Shown piece after piece: positions 59,887 to 64,000 of a DNA stretch of 64,000 nucleotides (positions are counted from its first letter, which is position 1; every line of letters starts with the position of its first letter). The DNA comes from Pelagomonas calceolata. Its lineage: Eukaryota. The stretch covers positions 434,001-498,000 of the forward strand of contig CAKKNE010000001.1 of assembly GCA_918797485.1 (NCBI GenBank), written 5' to 3'. The notes below the pieces were generated by a model. It was given only the letters and a program-made list of their open reading frames with translations. It was not told the DNA's origin and searched no databases. A program made the position numbers and the translations under genes.

Positions 59887-61869
59887 CTATGCCTCCTTAA
59901 TCCAAGCCATCGCGTTGCCGTCGACGAGGTGGAGCGGTAGGTGCTCGATGCCGCGGTCGCGACGGAAGTCTACCACTGCGGCGCGCGCGGACGTGTACTG
60001 CCAGTTGTTGTGAACGACGATGCCGCCGACCTGTGCACAAATCAACCAGTGAGTCGGGCCCCCTGAATCGAGCGGAGAGAGACCGCACCGCGACGCCATC
60101 GAGCTGGCGTCGCGTCGATGGCGTGGACGCGCCGCGACAATTTGATTTTATGCACTGCCACAAACCGCGACTTTGTCGTAGAGGTTTGACAGCGCGTCGA
60201 TCGTCGACCGGTACATGTCACAGTCCATTCGCAGCAACGCGATCTGCTCCGTCGGCAGGATGGGCAGCGTCTCGTTGAAGAGCCCCGCCGCGATCACGAC
60301 CTTGTCATCGAAGACGCCGTATCTCTTAAACGTCGCCACGACGGCGTCGGACCCGCCGACATGAAAATTCTGGTAGGCCCACCCGTCAGTATCTACGCCA
60401 TCGTTTTTGTCGGCCGCCGGGAAGCCCACGAACGTGTCGGCCACCAAAATCTTGCGGCCGCCCGTCGGATCCAAGACATCCACGACGCCCTTGCTAAAAA
60501 TCGACGCGCCACCGCGCCAGGCCCCACATTCCACAATGTCGCCGGGTACCTGGTCGTTAACCAAACCCTCGATCATTGCCTGCAACCAGTCCAGCTTGTG
60601 GACACCCACCATGGTGTGGCCGTTCCAGCCAGTGGTACACGGGCCAGCAAGCCCGGGGTCATCGGGGTTCACGTTGTCGAGGTACAACCAACCCACCACA
60701 GCGTCGCGCAGCAATTTTATGAAGCGGCCCTGGGGCGAGTCCCAGGGAGTAGTCGGTCGTAATGGAGGCGCCGCGACGAACGTCGAGAAGTCGCCCTCCC
60801 CGACCGTCGCGTCCGTGTCCTTCCGCCGCAACCGCGCCGTCAGCCGGTGGGACCCCTTGGCCTGCTCGAAGCCCGTTAAAACAGCGTTGTACGTATCGGC
60901 GAAGCACGCCTCGCCGGCCGCCTCGGCAGGCGGATTCACGTCCGCATTACCCTCGCCCAGGGACGTCACCGCGATGCAAACCTCACCGTCTATCGGAGGC
61001 CTGAATGCGCCCGAGACCTTGACTCGTTGGGCGTCGAAGAAGAGTGCCCCATTATGTAATACGAAGTACACCGGGTAGAAACCGTCGAAGGACACGACTG
61101 GGGAGGAATCGTGAGCTCTGTGTAATCGCTGATCCAACGGCGTGGCCTTTCTTGTACGCTCCAAGGCTACCCGATGCTCGACTAAGGTCAGGTCCATCTC
61201 GCGCCACAGATCCAGAGCGGCAGCGACCTCTCGCGCGGTCTCAGTCAGGTTCGACGACCACGCGGGCACCTGCAGCGTGTGGTTCTCCGGCGGTACGCCG
61301 TCGTCGTCACCGAGCTCGAAGCACCTTTCCGCGTCGCAGACCGTCCGCTTTACTTGAATTGGTAATTCGATGTCCACGTGCAGCGGCGACTGCCCCACCC
61401 AGCTCACGGGATCGTATTTCTCAAGGTCGTCCCTCACGAGCGACACGCCGGGCGAAGCCAAAGCCGTCGCGTCGGCGGCCTGGCCGTCCTTCGCCGCCTG
61501 TGTGCAAATCAACCAGTGAGACGGGTGCTTCAGCACGGCCAGGTCGCGCGGTGAGAACCGGGGTCGCATCGAAAGCGCCGCAAACTTTGACTTGTGCACT
61601 GTACTTGCCCGCAAATGTTGGTTCACAATGATCGACATCGCGCCGCCGACGCAGTTGTCCTTGGCCTCGGGCGTCTCCGTCGGCGTGCAGGCCTGCCGCG
61701 CCGCATCCAGAAAGCTCTGGTCCTGGTGCAGCCTTAACCTCGTGGGCGTGTTGTCCACCGTCAATTCGAGGTCCAGTAGTACGGCGCCGGGCGGCGGCGT
61801 GACATCCTGGGCTGCTGCCCACAGGCACCACAGTGCTGCCGCCCATAGCGGTCGCATTGTGTCGCGCAT
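59887..61869 (-). CDS. Secretory TylF/MycF-family O-methyltransferase; introns 60031-60165 and probably 61498-61608
   Basis: HTMVG, VPGDIVECGAWRGGAS, ADTFVGFP, GLFNETLP, IALLRMDCDMYRST; splicing gives LYDKVAVGGIVV. Confidence 0.88.
60031..60165 (-). mobile_element. 135-nt GT-AG Introner-like intron with decayed TIRs and TSD
   Basis: Minus strand: GTTTGTGG, then CAGTGCATAAAATCAA ... CCCGACTCACTGGTTGATTTGTGCACAG, then exon GTCGGCGG (5 of 8 matches to the intron start). Confidence 0.92.
61498..61608 (-). mobile_element. 111-nt in-frame GC-AG Introner-like intron hidden in the ORF
   Basis: Donor G|GCAAGT, left TIR-like CAGTGCACAAGTCAA, 3' end CTCACTGGTTGATTTGCACACAG|G. Confidence 0.8.
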
Positions 61870-62220
61870 GAGTGATCGCGTTGCAGCGCTTTTGCGCGCG
61901 GACCGTTCAATTCAGGCAGCCCTTTTGCTTGGCTGCGCCGCGGCCTCGGCTCGAGACTTCGTCGCTTCGTGAGAGATGCCGGTGATCTCAGCGCACGTCT
62001 ACAAGGAGTCGGCGGTCCTGTCTGAGCTGTGTTGAGGCGTCGGAGGCATGTGGTTTGCTGTCCTGCGCTTTTTTTTACCCGCACGATCGAGATCACGTCG
62101 ATCATTGCAAGAGCCTGCAAGAGCCTAAATCTTGCCGGTGCATGCATCGTCGTCGTCGTACCATTGTCCAGAATGGATGCAGGCTAGGGCTTGCATGAAT
62201 GCCACAAGCTAGGGGCAGCG

Positions 62221-63144
62221 ATGCGGCACCGGAAGAGCCTTGGGGCAGCTCTTTGGGCAGCAGCCGGGCTCTTGCTCCGCGTGCGGCTGGCGACGGCGCA
62301 GCGTATCCACCTGAAGGGCGAGCCTAAATCCGGGACGACGTGGTTCGAGGCGCTCTTCGTACAGCTAGGGATGCTCTGCGTCAAAGATTGTCAAATGTGG
62401 ACGACGCGAGGCACTACACGCGACCGCGCCCTCCACATGCACATACGACAAGGCAATCGCACGACGGTGGAGGTCACAACGGTGAAGAAACACACGATCC
62501 CGGACATGGTCGGGGGCTGCGTGGCGCACCCGAACACCCTAGTCCACGTTCGCGCGCCGTGCGCGCTCACGGAGGCGAGCGACGAGCGCGATGTTGAGAC
62601 CTGCGCGGCGCGCTGTCGGGGCGCATCTTCGAAAGTAAAATATTGCGGTACGACTCGTCGGAGGCCGTGTGCAAATCAACCCGTGCATGAAACGGACGCC
62701 GCCGCCCACATCCACCGCGACCCGCGCGCCGTCGCCGTGAGCGCCTGCTACCACCTCCACCAGGAGGCGGATCTAGACGGCTGCGTGCGCGAGCGCTACG
62801 TGACGACGGCCCTCTGGATGCGCTTTCGTCAGGCCTGGTTCTCTGACCGCGCGCTGCTAGACGTCGCCTACGAGGATCTCGTGCGGTGTCCCCACGAGTC
62901 CCTCCGCCGCATGGCCGCGGCGCTCGGGTTTCCGGCCGTAGCTGACGCGGCGCTGGCGCGCGCCCTGGATGCGGCGGCCGGCGCACGGACGCGCCACAGG
63001 CACCACGTTGGCACCTACCGCGACGACCCACGCCTCGGCAACGCGACGCTCGCCTGGATGGACGCGATTCATGCCCGCCTCAACTTCAGCGAGGCCTACG
63101 CGGCCGGCTCTTGTTCCACGGTGCGAGGGGATACTGACTTTTAG
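62221..63144 (+). CDS. Secretory sulfotransferase-family protein
   Basis: Signal/anchor, KGEPKSGTTW (5'-PSB), HRDPRAVAVS (3'-PB), VAYEDLV. Confidence 0.8.
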   Translation: MRHRKSLGAALWAAAGLLLRVRLATAQRIHLKGEPKSGTTWFEALFVQLGMLCVKDCQMWTTRGTTRDRALHMHIRQGNRTTVEVTTVKKHTIPDMVGGCVAHPNTLVHVRAPCALTEASDERDVETCAARCRGASSKVKYCGTTRRRPCANQPVHETDAAAHIHRDPRAVAVSACYHLHQEADLDGCVRERYVTTALWMRFRQAWFSDRALLDVAYEDLVRCPHESLRRMAAALGFPAVADAALARALDAAAGARTRHRHHVGTYRDDPRLGNATLAWMDAIHARLNFSEAYAAGSCSTVRGDTDF

Positions 63145-63180
63145 ATATGTACTAGGGGGAGAGGGGGGCAGGCGCCCGGT

Positions 63181-64000
63181 CTAGATCTTGCCCATGCGCG
63201 AGAGCACCGACGCCGTCCCGCCGAGCACGGCGAGGACGTAGCCCATGACGTTGATCGAGCGGCACGCGAGCTTCTCGGCGCCGCCCAGCGCGAGCTTGCC
63301 CTTCTTGCAGGCCGAGAGCGCGATCTGCGACGGGATCACGTAGATGATGGCCGATCCGAGGATGGCGCCGCCGAAGGCGACGACGAAGCCGAGGTCCGTG
63401 ATCTTGATGCCGGCCAGCACCGTGAGGGCCACCATGGCGATCGTCGCCGGCGTGCGCTGCTTCTCCTGGTTCGCCGGGCTGACCTTGGCAATATCAAAAT
63501 AGCCGTCGCGCACGCCCTTGAAGAGCAACGGGTACGTGCACGCGACGGCGACGCCCACCAGCGCGCGCGCGGCGTTCGCGAGCTTGTCGGCGCCGGCGAA
63601 GGAGTTGAGGATGAGGCCTTGGCTCGCGGCGCCGAAGGTGCGGTGGCCCGCCGCCGCGATGGCGACGAAGAAGCCCACGGCCATGGCGAAGCCGCCGTAG
63701 ACGACGCGGTTGTAGCGCGGCAGCGTCGGGTTCTCGAGCTCGTCATAGTAGGCCGCGGCGTTGTAGTGCGCGAGGTACGACGTGGCGAGCATGGAGATAA
63801 AGAGGAGCGAGCCGCCCGGCGAGAAGGCGCCGCCGAACTTCGGTAAAGCCTTGCCCTCCTTGACAAGCGCCGCGGCGAGGCGCCCGCCCTTCTGGTACGT
63901 GCCATCTAACGCTCTTAACACGGTCACGCCCGCCGTGTACAACATACCGCCCAGGCCAATGATCGACGCCGGCGCCAACGACTTCAGGTCCCGGAGCATC
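63181..64000 (-). CDS. Amino acid transporter (AAAP/SLC38-like), 5' part outside the window
   Basis: LRDLKSLAPAS, SYLAHYNA, FGAASQGLILNSF, TYPLLF, FGGAILGSAIIYVIP; multiple TM helices. Confidence 0.88.
   Translation of the reverse strand, partial: MLRDLKSLAPASIIGLGGMLYTAGVTVLRALDGTYQKGGRLAAALVKEGKALPKFGGAFSPGGSLLFISMLATSYLAHYNAAAYYDELENPTLPRYNRVVYGGFAMAVGFFVAIAAAGHRTFGAASQGLILNSFAGADKLANAARALVGVAVACTYPLLFKGVRDGYFDIAKVSPANQEKQRTPATIAMVALTVLAGIKITDLGFVVAFGGAILGSAIIYVIPSQIALSACKKGKLALGGAEKLACRSINVMGYVLAVLGGTASVLSRMGKI

Noticed and set aside
29..63905. Hundreds of short overlapping Arg/Ala/Pro-rich ORFs in the ORF track
   Set aside because: Expected from stop-codon scarcity at high GC; they overlap better-supported genes and lack motifs.
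1..64000. Autonomous transposase, rRNA or tRNA genes
   Set aside because: No transposase-like ORF or recognisable structural RNA was seen by eye; a covariance-model scan would be needed to exclude small RNAs.

Overview
GC-rich, gene-dense eukaryotic nuclear DNA. It is most likely from a pelagophyte alga (Pelagomonas/Aureococcus-like); this is an inference from intron style, DDEL-ending BiP and gene content. I can support about 24 protein-coding genes and two gene fragments. They include an EF-G2-like GTPase, a GT47 fusion, a TGS1-like methyltransferase, organellar L1, prefoldin 5, a TBC Rab-GAP, a group XII PLA2-like protein, a MYND-RING-TPR protein, BiP, a DHX57-like helicase, a MOV10/SDE3-like helicase, a NO VEIN-like protein, a family X DNA polymerase, a mucin-like membrane protein, a TTL-JmjC fusion, a TylF methyltransferase, a sulfotransferase and an amino acid transporter. 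Two non-coding signals stand out. (1) Most of the 12 inferred introns look like members or relics of one family of short TIR-bounded Introner-type elements. One copy is pristine (15-bp TIRs, 8-bp target-site duplication supplying a GC donor). Copies occur in both orientations, one is an in-frame hidden copy, and one is a possibly exonised remnant. (2) A 21-22-bp CTAG-bounded motif (CTAGTGTCTTACAGnnCGCTAG) recurs once per intergenic region in at least 7 regions. All splice sites were inferred by eye from reading-frame restoration; there is no transcript evidence.
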